The notes: generated by a model from the sequence alone, not told the origin. DNA of 64,000 nucleotides from Nitrospiraceae bacterium (GCA_009692155.1 SHZW01000009.1:12272-76271), one strand, 5' to 3'. Positions 9,312 to 18,973 are shown, numbered from the stretch's first letter. A program made the numbers and translations.

Positions 9312-10129
9312 GGTGTTTTTGGCTTGAGCCGTTCGGAGAGGACGGGATGGTGCGTCTCGCCCATGCCGAAATGGCCTCCGGCGTGGTCGGCGGCCACCAC
9401 GCGGAGCGTGATGCCGTTGGGCGCAGCCGTTTCAGCCGGCACGAAGAACGGCGCTTCAAAGCTGCTTTTGGAGCCAGCATGGAACATCTGGATACGTTCG
9501 AGCACGCGATCGCCGAGGAGGACTTCGCCGTAGATCGTGAGTTTCCGGGAATCCCAATCGCCGTGCGGCCGGACCGGCGAGCCGGACAGGGTGCGGATGG
9601 AGGCCCGCAGTTTCACGTCGTCCCTGGCGATCAGCGATGTTCCCGGTTCCGGGTGCTCGATCTGCACGATGAAACCGTAGAGGCGCAGCACGATCCCGTC
9701 ATTCGTCAGATCCTGACCTGGAATCAGCAGGACCGTTTTGCTGGCGCGTTGGACGGCTTGCGGATGTGCGAGTGGCCCTTGTGCTGTGATTTCGACGAGC
9801 GTGGGCCGTTCAAGCTGGAGCGTGGAGCGAAACGCGGCAGAAGGCCGCGATGAGTAGCGCGGCTCTTCCATCAGCCGGGGTGTGCGCATGATCTGGTTCT
9901 GATCGCCGGCCTCGCCCTGCTGCAGACCGGCGGCCAGTACTGCTCCAGTCGCCACGTCGGTGATCGTGATGCGCGCGCCACCGACATCGTCGCCAAGCAC
10001 CAGGGCGCCATCGGCAACAACACGGACGAGCACATCAGTGGCCACGGGGCCTGTGGTCGGATCATAGGGGTTTGCCGCCCAGGCGGTGTTTGCAGCGAGG
10101 AGACAGGCGCAGGCGAGTAGGCGTCGCAC
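9308..10129 (-). CDS. secreted hypothetical protein
   Basis: 273 aa with signal peptide MRRLLACACLLAANTAWA. I recognised no motif. It is packed between metG (4 nt gap) and the GT-C gene (ATGA overlap). Confidence 0.5.
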   Translation of the reverse strand: MRRLLACACLLAANTAWAANPYDPTTGPVATDVLVRVVADGALVLGDDVGGARITITDVATGAVLAAGLQQGEAGDQNQIMRTPRLMEEPRYSSRPSAAFRSTLQLERPTLVEITAQGPLAHPQAVQRASKTVLLIPGQDLTNDGIVLRLYGFIVQIEHPEPGTSLIARDDVKLRASIRTLSGSPVRPHGDWDSRKLTIYGEVLLGDRVLERIQMFHAGSKSSFEAPFFVPAETAAPNGITLRVVAADHAGGHFGMGETHHPVLSERLKPKTP

Positions 10130-10133
10130 GGTG

Positions 10134-12086
10134 TTACTTCACTTTTGTCCCGGGATCCACGTCGCTTATCAGCGTGACGAGCTCCTGTACTTCCGCGTCG
10201 CCGGCGGCCAACACCATGCCTTGCGATTCGACGCCCATGAGCTTGGCCGGTTTCAAGTTTGCGACGATCACGACCCGGCGGCCGATTAATTCCTCCGGCG
10301 TGTACTTCTTGCCGATGCCGGCGACAACCTGCCGCTGCTCGGAGCCAATATCCACCTGCAGCTTGAGCAGCTTCTCTGACTTCGGAACCCGCTCGGCACT
10401 CAGCACCTTCGCCACCTTGAGTTGGATCTTTTGAAAGTCCTCGATGGTGATGTGTGTCGCCGTCGCGGCCGGTGTCGGGGCAGGTGACGGACTTGTTGGC
10501 GTATCCTGGTTCACGGTTTTTGCTCCTTGTGAGGTGGTCGTGGTCTCGACGCGTGGGAAGAGGGCTGCGCCCTTGACGATTTCGGTCCCGGGCACCGTTC
10601 CGCCCCATGTAATGTCCGACGAGAAGAGAGGTTTTGAGAAGTTCAGCGTTAAATCGAGCTGCTGCTTGATGCCTTCAGCCGCCTTCGGCATGACGGGATA
10701 GAGAAAGAGGCAGAGAAACCGCAGCGTCTCCGCTGCATTGTAGAGCACGGTATCAAGCCTGGACTTGTCTTCCGGTTTCTTTGCCAGTACCCAGGGCGCG
10801 GTTTTATCAATATATTGATTGCCGAGTTTCACCAGCCCCCAGATGGTTTCGAGCGCGCGTGAAAATTCCAAATTATCGAGATGGACGCCGATGGCGTCTT
10901 TGAGCTGTCCGGCGGTGTGCTGCAGGACGCGATCGATGTCGCTGTCGGTCCCGCGTTCAGGCTTCGGCACCCGGCTGCCTGCGTACCGTTCGATCATCGC
11001 GGTCGTGCGGCTCAATAGATTGCCCAGATCGTTGGCGAGATCGGTGTTGACCCGTCCGATCAGCGCATGCCGGGAGAAATCTCCGTCCTGGCCGAACGGC
11101 ACCTCGCGCAGGAGAAAATACCGGAAGGCGTCCGCGCCGAACTCATCCACCATGCCATGGGGGTCCACGACGTTGCCCCGGCTCTTGGACATTTTCTCGC
11201 CGTTCACGGTCCACCAGCCGTGCGCGAAAATCGTCCGCGGGAGCGGCAGTTCCAGCGCCATGAGCATGGTGGACCAATAGACGGCGTGCGTCGTCAGGAT
11301 GTCCTTGCCGACCAGGTGCATGCTGGCCGGCCAGTAGTGATTCAACGCCGGCTGGGGTAACAGGTAGTCAGGCCCCGAGACGTAGTTGACCAGCGCATCG
11401 AACCAGACATAGGTCACGTAGTCACGGTCGAATGGGAGTTCAATGCCCCAGGACAGGCGGGACTTGGGGCGCGAGATGGACAGATCGCCCAGAGGGTTCG
11501 TCTTTAAAAATCCCAGGACCTCATTGCGTCTCGATTCGGGCCTGATGAAGTCGGGATGCGCCTCGATATGCTTGACGAGGCGGTCATGATACTGCCCCAT
11601 CTTGAAAAAATAGTTGCTCTCACTGAGCCGTTCGACCGGCCGCTTGCAGTCGGGGCAGAGCCCGTCCGTAACGTCCTTCTCGGTCCAAAATCGTTCATCG
11701 AACGTGCAGTACCAGCCGGTGTAATCGGCCCGATAGATCAGCTGTTGATCGAAGAGCTGCTGGAGTTTTTGCTGGACGACAGTTTTATGTTTCGTGTCCG
11801 TTGTCCGGATGAACGCATCGTTGGAAATATTGAGCTTCTTCCAGAGGTTTTGGAACTGGGGAGCGAGTCGGTCGCAGTGTGCTTGCGGGTCCACGCCGGA
11901 TTTGGCGGCGGCCTGCTGGACTTTCTGGCCATGCTCATCGAGGCCTGTCAGGAAGAAGACATCGTGGCCGAGGAGCCGGTGATAGCGCGCCAGCACATCG
12001 GCGGCGATGGTCGTGTAGGCGTGCCCGATGTGGGGGACATCGTTCACGTAATAGATCGGCGTCGTGATGTAGAACGTGTTGCTCAT
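10134..12086 (-). CDS. metG: methionine--tRNA ligase with C-terminal tRNA-binding domain
   Basis: HIGHAYTT (HIGH) and KMSKS motifs are present. A Thr/Pro-rich linker leads to a Trbp111/EMAP-like C-terminal domain (QLKVAKVLSAERVPKSEKLLKLQVDIG). Start ATG 12086 (MSNTFYITTPIYY) is preferred over 12116. Confidence 0.95.
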   Translation of the reverse strand: MSNTFYITTPIYYVNDVPHIGHAYTTIAADVLARYHRLLGHDVFFLTGLDEHGQKVQQAAAKSGVDPQAHCDRLAPQFQNLWKKLNISNDAFIRTTDTKHKTVVQQKLQQLFDQQLIYRADYTGWYCTFDERFWTEKDVTDGLCPDCKRPVERLSESNYFFKMGQYHDRLVKHIEAHPDFIRPESRRNEVLGFLKTNPLGDLSISRPKSRLSWGIELPFDRDYVTYVWFDALVNYVSGPDYLLPQPALNHYWPASMHLVGKDILTTHAVYWSTMLMALELPLPRTIFAHGWWTVNGEKMSKSRGNVVDPHGMVDEFGADAFRYFLLREVPFGQDGDFSRHALIGRVNTDLANDLGNLLSRTTAMIERYAGSRVPKPERGTDSDIDRVLQHTAGQLKDAIGVHLDNLEFSRALETIWGLVKLGNQYIDKTAPWVLAKKPEDKSRLDTVLYNAAETLRFLCLFLYPVMPKAAEGIKQQLDLTLNFSKPLFSSDITWGGTVPGTEIVKGAALFPRVETTTTSQGAKTVNQDTPTSPSPAPTPAATATHITIEDFQKIQLKVAKVLSAERVPKSEKLLKLQVDIGSEQRQVVAGIGKKYTPEELIGRRVVIVANLKPAKLMGVESQGMVLAAGDAEVQELVTLISDVDPGTKVK

Positions 12087-12127
12087 AATTGAGCGGAACG
12101 ATAGCAGGTCGCGCACTGATAATGCCA

Positions 12128-12204
12128 GGGTTGCGGGGTTCGTGGTGCGAGGCGAGATAGCAGCGTGGAACTTTTACCTCGAACCCCGAACCTCGAACCT
12201 CTCG
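12128..12204. repeat. GAGGTTC-heptamer hairpin element (copy 1)
   Basis: Left arm gggttgcggggttcgtggtgcgaggcgag. Right arm cctcgaaccccgaacctcgaacctctcg. The right arm encodes the holB C-terminus. Confidence 0.8.
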
Positions 12205-13205
12205 TCTGTTCCCAGGAGCGCCTCGCGCAGGCGCAGCAGCACGTTTTCCAGCGCCATGCGGAGATTTAGATTGCGGCCGGCGGACCGCTGGAGTTGGTCA
12301 ATATCATCCAGCAGGCCGGCGAGTTGATCGGCCTGCGCGTTGCGCGTGGCGTTCTTCAAGAGAGGCAGGCGGTCCGCATGAATGAGGTGGTCCTGATCGG
12401 CGCCGATGCTCACGAGCAGCAGATCCCGGATCCATTGGGCCAGCCAGTCCAGGACCTCCGGTTCCCGGTCTGATTTATGGAAGGCTTCCGCTGCCGTCAG
12501 GATGGCGGTCACGGACCGTAGCGTTTGCGGTGAGGCGACAGCACACAATTCGTCGAGCGCGGCGCGCGTGGCGGCCAGGTCCATCGTCAAGGCGGCGCCG
12601 AGTCTCGACTGGCTGGCTGCGGCCAGGAGGCGCGCCTCGGCCGGGGGGATCTCGCGCTTGAGAATCAGCGCCGCCTCCACTTGGGTTCGAGCCGGAGGCG
12701 CGAAGCGAAGAGCCTGGCAACGCGAGCGGACGGTGGCCAGCAGAGCCGAGGGTCGGCCGGACACCAGCAACAGCACGCTGTGTTCCGGCGGCTCTTCCAG
12801 GGTTTTCAGAAGCGCGTTGGCCGCGCCCAGGGTCATCCGGTCGGCATCGTCGATCAGGAAGATTTTTTTTCGGCCGACCAGCGGATGGTAGACGATCTGT
12901 TGTTCCAGTTTGCGAACCTGTTCGATTTTGATTTGCGGGTTGGCGAGTTCCGGGTCCGGCTGAACGAGCAGGAAATCTGGATGCGTGCGAGCCTCGGTCT
13001 GCGTGCAGGACCGGCACGCGCCGCAGGCATCCGATCCGTCTCCGGACTCGCAATTGATGGCCTGCGCGAAGCGCAACGCGATCAGCTGTTTGCCGATGCC
13101 CTCGTCGCCGTGGAAGAGATAGGCATGGGCGATGCGATCGTGGCGCAGCGCCGACTGTAAGATTGTTTTCGGACGCTCGTGACCGATGACATCGTGAAAG
13201 GGCAT
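12174..13205 (-). CDS. holB: DNA polymerase III subunit delta prime
   Basis: The sequence runs HAYLFHGDEGIGK, then the Zn module CGACRSC, then IFLIDDADRM and LKTLEEPP. The last residues FEVRGSR are encoded by a repeat element. Confidence 0.85.
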   Translation of the reverse strand: MPFHDVIGHERPKTILQSALRHDRIAHAYLFHGDEGIGKQLIALRFAQAINCESGDGSDACGACRSCTQTEARTHPDFLLVQPDPELANPQIKIEQVRKLEQQIVYHPLVGRKKIFLIDDADRMTLGAANALLKTLEEPPEHSVLLLVSGRPSALLATVRSRCQALRFAPPARTQVEAALILKREIPPAEARLLAAASQSRLGAALTMDLAATRAALDELCAVASPQTLRSVTAILTAAEAFHKSDREPEVLDWLAQWIRDLLLVSIGADQDHLIHADRLPLLKNATRNAQADQLAGLLDDIDQLQRSAGRNLNLRMALENVLLRLREALLGTDERFEVRGSR

Positions 13206-13208
13206 GGG

Positions 13209-13934
13209 TTATGAGCGCCGGCGTGGTCGCATCCGCTGGGTGTGCATGACGGTCGTCAGACGTTTGGTGCGGGCTTTCGTGAGAAATGCCTGGATGACCG
13301 AGGTGACTCCCATGGTGACGGTTTCCGGGTGCGGCAGGCCGTCTATTTTTTTGATCCGTTGCGGCGAGCGAGCCGCCAGAGCCAGGAAGCCCTTGCGGAC
13401 TTTTTCGTGAAACTCGTGGGCCTCATGGTCCAGCCGGTTTTGCTCCAGCGCGAATTTTCGGCGTCGCGCGAGGCCTGTGGCGACGGGGATCTCGAACAGG
13501 AGCGTCAAGTCCGGTTCCAGCCCGCCGGTGGCCAGCCGGTTCATGTCCTGAAGCGTGTCCAGATTCAGCCCGCGGCCGTAGCCTTGGTACGCGAACGTCG
13601 AATCTGAAAATCGGTCGCAGAGGACGATCGATCCGGCTTGCAGGGCCGGCTCAATGACGTGGGTCACATGCTGGCTGCGGGCGGCCAGAATCAGATGGGC
13701 TTCGCAGGCCGCGGTCATCGACTCCGTCGCGGGATGCTTGCCGGGCGTGCTCAGCAGGACTTCACGGATGCGTTCGGCAACGGGGGTCCCGCCCGGCTCG
13801 CGCGTTTCGACGACCCGGTAGCCATCCTGGCGGAGCAGGGTGGCGAGCCTCCTCAATTGAGTGGTTTTTCCGCTCCCTTCGACCCCTTCAAAGGTGATCA
13901 GAATTCCGCTTCGAGACTTTCCCTTTGCTCCCAT
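13209..13934 (-). CDS. tmk: dTMP (thymidylate) kinase
   Basis: ITFEGVEGSGKTTQ P-loop and CDRFSDSTFAYQG are present. It has a basic C-terminal extension. Confidence 0.9.
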   Translation of the reverse strand: MGAKGKSRSGILITFEGVEGSGKTTQLRRLATLLRQDGYRVVETREPGGTPVAERIREVLLSTPGKHPATESMTAACEAHLILAARSQHVTHVIEPALQAGSIVLCDRFSDSTFAYQGYGRGLNLDTLQDMNRLATGGLEPDLTLLFEIPVATGLARRRKFALEQNRLDHEAHEFHEKVRKGFLALAARSPQRIKKIDGLPHPETVTMGVTSVIQAFLTKARTKRLTTVMHTQRMRPRRRS

Positions 13935-14060
13935 GCGGCGTCCTTAAAAATGACTGTGACAAATTTTGCGCATCCTATTCCAAGTGCTTGAAAATAGCAA
14001 TAAAAGGCTTGCGGCACCCTGGTAAAGCTTGTAAGATAATCCAACGCGGAGAGTCCCTCG

Positions 14061-14720
14061 GTGACGACACTAAAAACGTCTATAAAACGCTATTTTCTCA
14101 CGGGGTTACTGGTCATCACCCCCATCTGGGGAACGGTCCTTGTCCTCCGGACGCTTTTTGTGGCCGTGGACGATATTCTGGGTGACGCGCTGACCAGGTT
14201 TCTGCCTCAGGGCGCGTACATCCGCGGGCTCGGGATCGTCACCCTCCTCCTCCTCATTTTTACCGTCGGCCTTCTGGCCACCAACATCATCGGCAGACAG
14301 GTCGTCAAGCACTGGGAAGAGTGGCTGCATCGGGTGCCGGTGGTTCGCGGCATTTATGCGACGTTGAAATCCATGATGGACATTCTCTCGTTCGGCGAGC
14401 GGGAAAAATACAACCGGGTCGTGTTGATTCAATTTCCCAAAAACGGACATTACTGCTTTGCGTTTGTGACCGGCGTCATGCAGGGACAAATCCAGACGGT
14501 CGCGGCGGAGCCGCTTGTGAACGTCTATGTGCCCACGTCGCCCAATCCGACATCCGGCTATTTCCTGCTCGTGCCTGAACGCGAAATTATCCCGTTGGAT
14601 ATGTCGGTTGAAGAAGCGATGAAGCTGATTGTCTCCGGCGGTTTGTACCAGCCGACGCCGGCGGCGGTTGTCGGCCGTCCTGTGGCCGCAGGGGCCCGCG
14701 CGGAGGTTCCGATCGCGTGA
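14061..14720 (+). CDS. DUF502-family membrane protein
   Basis: N-terminus IKRYFLTGLLVITPIWGTVLVL plus two TM helices, typical of DUF502. GTG start with GGAGAG upstream. Confidence 0.75.
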   Translation: MTTLKTSIKRYFLTGLLVITPIWGTVLVLRTLFVAVDDILGDALTRFLPQGAYIRGLGIVTLLLLIFTVGLLATNIIGRQVVKHWEEWLHRVPVVRGIYATLKSMMDILSFGEREKYNRVVLIQFPKNGHYCFAFVTGVMQGQIQTVAAEPLVNVYVPTSPNPTSGYFLLVPEREIIPLDMSVEEAMKLIVSGGLYQPTPAAVVGRPVAAGARAEVPIA

Positions 14721-14767
14721 GATTTTTTTCATTTTACGATTTGGTCATTGAGTGATTTTCTCCCAAA

Positions 14768-16345
14768 ATGAAACAATCTCTAAATGAAAAAATGAACAAA
14801 TCTCCCCTAGCCGGCCTCGGCGCGGTGGTGATGGCTGCCGGACTCGGCAAGCGGATGAAGTCCAAGCTGGCCAAGGTGCTGCATTCGGTCGCGGGGCGGC
14901 CGATGGTGCTCTATGCCGTGGATCTGGCCCGGCAACTGGCCAGCGAGCATGTCGCGGTGGTGGTGGGCTATCAGGGGAAAGAGGTGCGGACGGCGATCGA
15001 AGCGAGCGGGTCTCACGCCCCGGTGATGGTTGTCGAGCAGACGCAGCAGCTGGGAACCGGCCACGCCGTGCAGCAGGCGCGCGATCTGTTCAAGCGGCTG
15101 GGGAAAACGCTTTCCACCTACCTGATCCTGAACGGCGACACGCCCCTCCTGCAGCCGGCGACGCTCCAGGCTTTGCTGCGGCTCCACCAGGACGAGCAGG
15201 CGGCGGTGACGCTGCTGACGGCGACACCGGACGATCCAACCGGCTATGGCCGCGTGGTGCGCGGCAGGGACGGGCGCGTGCAGAAGATTGTCGAGGATCG
15301 GGATGCGACCGGCGCGGAGAAGCAGATTCATGAAATCAACGTCGGTACCTACGTCACGGACGGCCCGTTTCTCTTCGACGCCCTGGACAAGTTACAGCCC
15401 CGCAATGCGCAGGGAGAATACTACCTGACCGATATCGTCGCGCTGGCCGTGGAGCGGGGCTTGCGCGTATCCGCGCTGGCGGTTCATGAGGCGGCCGAGG
15501 GCATGGGCATCAACACCAGGGAGCAGCTCGCGGCGGCGGAACAGACGATCCGCCGGCGAATCTGCGCGCATTGGATGCAGGAAGGCGTCACGTTACGGAA
15601 TCCTGCGACGACGTCGATTGATGCGGATGTCGCGATCGGTCGGGATACGGTCATTCATCCCGATGTCACGCTCGAGGGCCGGACAATCATCGGGGAGGAT
15701 TGCATCATTCGCTCGCAGACGCGGATCAGCGACAGCACGCTCGGCCACCGGGTGGTCGTGCAGGATCACTGCGTGATCCGGGACTCGCGCCTGGAGGATG
15801 ATGCCGCGGTCGGTCCATTCGCGCATTTGCGTCCGGGCGCGGTGCTGCGCCGCGCGTCGAAGGTCGGCAATTTCGTCGAGATGAAGAAAGCCGAGTTGGG
15901 CGAAGGCTCGAAGGCGAACCATCTGAGCTATCTCGGGGATGCGACAATCGGCAAGGGCGTGAATATCGGCGCCGGCACGATCACATGTAATTACGACGGC
16001 CACAAGAAGCATGAAACGGTGATTGGCGACGATGTGTTTGTGGGGAGTGACACCCAGTTTGTCGCGCCGGTGACGATCGGCAAGGGCGCGGTGATTGCGG
16101 CCGGGGCGACGATCACGGCGGATGTGCCGCCGGACACGCTGGCGATCGCGCGGGCGCCGCAGGTGAACCGGCCCGGCTGGGCCTCGCGCAGGCGCGCATT
16201 GGCCGCCGAAAGCGGCAAGTCCGAGGTTCGAGGTTCGAGGTTAGAGGTGGGGAGCGTGGAGTCCAGAATGAAGCAACCCCGTACCTCGCACCCCGTACCT
16301 CGCACCCCCAAAGGTGTGAAAACTAGGAAGCGGACGAGGGGCTAA
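14768..16345 (+). CDS. glmU: bifunctional UDP-N-acetylglucosamine diphosphorylase / glucosamine-1-phosphate N-acetyltransferase
   Basis: AAGLGKRMKS nucleotidyltransferase motif, and a left-handed beta-helix hexapeptide region (ANHLSYLGDATIGKGVNIGAGTITCNYDG). A ~60 aa basic C-terminal tail is encoded by repeat element 16222..16309. Confidence 0.95.
   Translation: MKQSLNEKMNKSPLAGLGAVVMAAGLGKRMKSKLAKVLHSVAGRPMVLYAVDLARQLASEHVAVVVGYQGKEVRTAIEASGSHAPVMVVEQTQQLGTGHAVQQARDLFKRLGKTLSTYLILNGDTPLLQPATLQALLRLHQDEQAAVTLLTATPDDPTGYGRVVRGRDGRVQKIVEDRDATGAEKQIHEINVGTYVTDGPFLFDALDKLQPRNAQGEYYLTDIVALAVERGLRVSALAVHEAAEGMGINTREQLAAAEQTIRRRICAHWMQEGVTLRNPATTSIDADVAIGRDTVIHPDVTLEGRTIIGEDCIIRSQTRISDSTLGHRVVVQDHCVIRDSRLEDDAAVGPFAHLRPGAVLRRASKVGNFVEMKKAELGEGSKANHLSYLGDATIGKGVNIGAGTITCNYDGHKKHETVIGDDVFVGSDTQFVAPVTIGKGAVIAAGATITADVPPDTLAIARAPQVNRPGWASRRRALAAESGKSEVRGSRLEVGSVESRMKQPRTSHPVPRTPKGVKTRKRTRG
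16222..16309. repeat. GAGGTTC-heptamer hairpin element (copy 2)
   Basis: Left arm cgaggttcgaggttcgaggttagaggtgggg. Right arm ccccgtacctcgcaccccgtacctcgcaccccc. It lies inside the glmU 3' tail. Confidence 0.8.
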
Positions 16346-16351
16346 ACAAAG

Positions 16352-18181
16352 ATGTGCGGCATTGTCGGATATGTCGGAGATGAAAACGCCGTGCCCATTT
16401 TGCTGGATGGGCTGAAGCGGCTGGAGTATCGCGGCTACGATTCGTCCGGTGTGGCCGTGCTGCACAACGGCAGGATCGACGTGCGGCGCAGCGTCGGCAA
16501 GCTGGCGAACTTGAGCAAGGCGCTGGCGGAGAAGAAGCTCGTCGGCACGATCGGCATCGGGCATACCCGTTGGGCGACGCACGGCCGGCCGTCCGAGCAG
16601 AATGCGCATCCGCACCGTTCCGGCTCCTGCGTGCTCGTCCACAACGGCATCATCGAAAATTATCTGGCGCTCAAACACCAGTTGCAGAAAGAGGGCTACC
16701 GGTTCGAATCGGAAACCGATACCGAAGTCGTGGCGCATCTGATTGCCAAGCACATGAAGCACGGCAGGACGTTCACGGAGGCCGTGCGTGCCGCCACGAA
16801 AGAGATTCACGGCAGCTATGCGATCGTGGCCATGTGCGAGCAGGAGCCGGGCACGCTGGTGGCGGCCCGTTCCGGCTGTCCGCTCGTGGTCGGGCGGGCC
16901 GGCAAGGCGACGCTTGTGGCGTCAGACGTAATGGCGATGCTGGCGCATACGAGGCAGGTGACCTACCTGGAAGAGGGCGACCTTGCGGTCGTCACGGCGT
17001 CCAGCGTGAAGGTGATCGGGGTGTCCGGTCGATCGGTGAAGCGGCCCGTCACAAAAGTCACCTGGAATGCGGCGGCGGCTGAAAAAGGCGGGTATCCGCA
17101 TTTCATGCTCAAGGAGATTCACGAACAACCGCAGGCGATTCTGGATACGATGCGTGGCCGCTATACGTTCGAAGACGGCGAAGCGGATCTGCCTGATATC
17201 GGATTGACGCCGGAGCAGTTCGCGGCGGTCGGGCGCGTCTGGATCGTCGCCTGCGGGACCTCCTGGCATGCGGGGCTCGTCGGGAAATACCTGCTCGAAG
17301 AGATGATCCGGGCGCCGGTGCAGGTGGACATCGCCTCCGAATTCCGCTATCGCGATCCCCTCGTCAAGAAAGAAGACCTCTTCATCACGATCTCCCAGTC
17401 GGGAGAGACGGCGGACACGCTCGCGGCGGCGCGCGAGGCCAGGAGCAAGGGCGCGCGCGTGCTCTCGATCGTCAACGTGGTCGGCAGCACGCTGGCGCGC
17501 GAGTCGGACGGCGTGCTCTACACCCACTGCGGGCCGGAAATCGGCGTCGCCTCGACAAAGGCGTTCACCGCCCAGCTTGTGGCGCTGTATCTGCTGGCCC
17601 TGCACCTGGCGCGTGTACGGGGCGTGCTCAATGCCAACGACGGGCGCGTGTGGCTCGATCGGGTCGTGGCGCTGCCGCACCTAGTGGAAGAGATTCTGAA
17701 GCGCGAGAAGGACATTGCCGCCATCGCCAAACGGTATTACAAGAAACGGAACTTCCTGTACCTGGGGCGGGGCGTGAATTATCCCATCGCGCTGGAAGGG
17801 GCGCTCAAGCTCAAGGAGATTTCCTACATCCACGCGGAGGGCTATGCGGCAGGCGAGATGAAACACGGCCCGATTGCGCTGATCGACAAGGATATGCCGG
17901 TGGTGGTGCTGGCCCCGCGAGACCGGCTCTATGAAAAGACGGTCAGTAACCTGATGGAGGTGAAGGCCCGCCACGCGCCGGTGATTGCCTTTGTGAGCGA
18001 AGGGGAGAAGGACCTTGGTAAGGTGGCGGACGCGGTGTTTATGATTCCCAAGGTGCCGGCGCTGTTGAGTCCGATTTTGTTCGCCGTGGCGCTGCAACTG
18101 CTGGCGTATCATATTGCCGTGCTGCGCGGGACGGACGTGGATCAGCCACGCAACTTGGCGAAGAGTGTGACGGTAGAATGA
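16352..18181 (+). CDS. glmS: glutamine--fructose-6-phosphate aminotransferase
   Basis: MCGIVGYVG N-terminal Cys amidotransferase start, two SIS domains, and the C-terminal ...NLAKSVTVE. Confidence 0.97.
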   Translation: MCGIVGYVGDENAVPILLDGLKRLEYRGYDSSGVAVLHNGRIDVRRSVGKLANLSKALAEKKLVGTIGIGHTRWATHGRPSEQNAHPHRSGSCVLVHNGIIENYLALKHQLQKEGYRFESETDTEVVAHLIAKHMKHGRTFTEAVRAATKEIHGSYAIVAMCEQEPGTLVAARSGCPLVVGRAGKATLVASDVMAMLAHTRQVTYLEEGDLAVVTASSVKVIGVSGRSVKRPVTKVTWNAAAAEKGGYPHFMLKEIHEQPQAILDTMRGRYTFEDGEADLPDIGLTPEQFAAVGRVWIVACGTSWHAGLVGKYLLEEMIRAPVQVDIASEFRYRDPLVKKEDLFITISQSGETADTLAAAREARSKGARVLSIVNVVGSTLARESDGVLYTHCGPEIGVASTKAFTAQLVALYLLALHLARVRGVLNANDGRVWLDRVVALPHLVEEILKREKDIAAIAKRYYKKRNFLYLGRGVNYPIALEGALKLKEISYIHAEGYAAGEMKHGPIALIDKDMPVVVLAPRDRLYEKTVSNLMEVKARHAPVIAFVSEGEKDLGKVADAVFMIPKVPALLSPILFAVALQLLAYHIAVLRGTDVDQPRNLAKSVTVE

Positions 18182-18185
18182 AATT

Positions 18186-18275
18186 GTCCGAAAGTCATAA
18201 AGTCGTCAAGTCATCAAGTCTCGGACTTGATGATCTTTGGACATTACGACTTTTAGACTTTACGACTTGAAAGAC
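18186..18275. repeat. AAGTC-octamer hairpin element (copy 1)
   Basis: gtccgaaagtcataaagtcgtcaagtcatcaagtc-tcg-gacttgatgatctttggacattacgacttttagactttacgacttgaaagac. It fills the glmS-gatC spacer. Confidence 0.9.
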
Positions 18276-18283
18276 TCAATCGA

Positions 18284-18577
18284 ATGAAAATCAGCAAGCA
18301 GGACGTCGAACAGGTGGCGAAGCTGGCGAGGCTCGAGATCACGGAAACCGAGAAAGAGGCCTTCGCGCAGCAGCTCAGCGGCATCCTGACCTACGTCGAA
18401 AAGCTGAACGCACTGAAGACGGCAGGCGTCGAGCCGACCGCCTCGGTACCAGGGAAGACGAACGTGTTTCGGGAGGATAAGCCGAGGCCATCGCTGCCGG
18501 TCGAGAAGGCGCTGGCGAACGCGCCGGAGCAGGCGGACGGGTTTTTCGTGGTGCCGAAAATCATTGAGGAGCGATAG
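18284..18577 (+). CDS. gatC: Asp/Glu-tRNA amidotransferase subunit C
   Basis: 97 aa, with VAKLARLEITETEKEAFAQQLSGILTYVEKLN typical of GatC. Confidence 0.9.
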   Translation: MKISKQDVEQVAKLARLEITETEKEAFAQQLSGILTYVEKLNALKTAGVEPTASVPGKTNVFREDKPRPSLPVEKALANAPEQADGFFVVPKIIEER

Positions 18578-18583
18578 AAAGAC

Positions 18584-18973
18584 ATGTTCCGACAAATGTT
18601 GCGGTCGAAAATTCATCGCGCGACGGTGACGGAATCCTGCCTGGAGTACGAAGGCAGTCTCACGGTGGACGAGGACCTGCTGGATGCGGCGGGCATCCTG
18701 CCGTACGAGGCGATCGTCATTTCCAACCTGAACAACGGCGAGCGGTTCATGACCTATGCGATGGCCGGCAAGCGCGGTGGCGGCGAGGTCGTGTTGAACG
18801 GCCCGACGGCCCGCAAGGGTGCTGTCGGCGATCAGGTCATTATTTTCTGTTACGAGTATTATGCCGAAGACGAGATTAAGCGGCATGCGCCGAAGATCGT
18901 CCGCGTGGATGGCAGGAATCGGATCGTCAACGGCGGCACGCCTCAGGCGGGAAGCAAGTCCAAGGCGCGATGA
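18584..18973 (+). CDS. panD: aspartate 1-decarboxylase
   Basis: [25 protein letters not shown] carries the self-cleavage Gly-Ser (YEGS). It is collinear with E. coli PanD. Confidence 0.9.
   Translation: MFRQMLRSKIHRATVTESCLEYEGSLTVDEDLLDAAGILPYEAIVISNLNNGERFMTYAMAGKRGGGEVVLNGPTARKGAVGDQVIIFCYEYYAEDEIKRHAPKIVRVDGRNRIVNGGTPQAGSKSKAR

Noticed and set aside
14009-14040. Sigma54-like GGCAC...GC or sigma70 promoter upstream of the DUF502 gene
   Set aside because: GG-to-GC spacing is 14 rather than 12, so the -24/-12 geometry fails. For sigma70, TTGCGG to GATAAT spacing is about 20 nt, which is too long.
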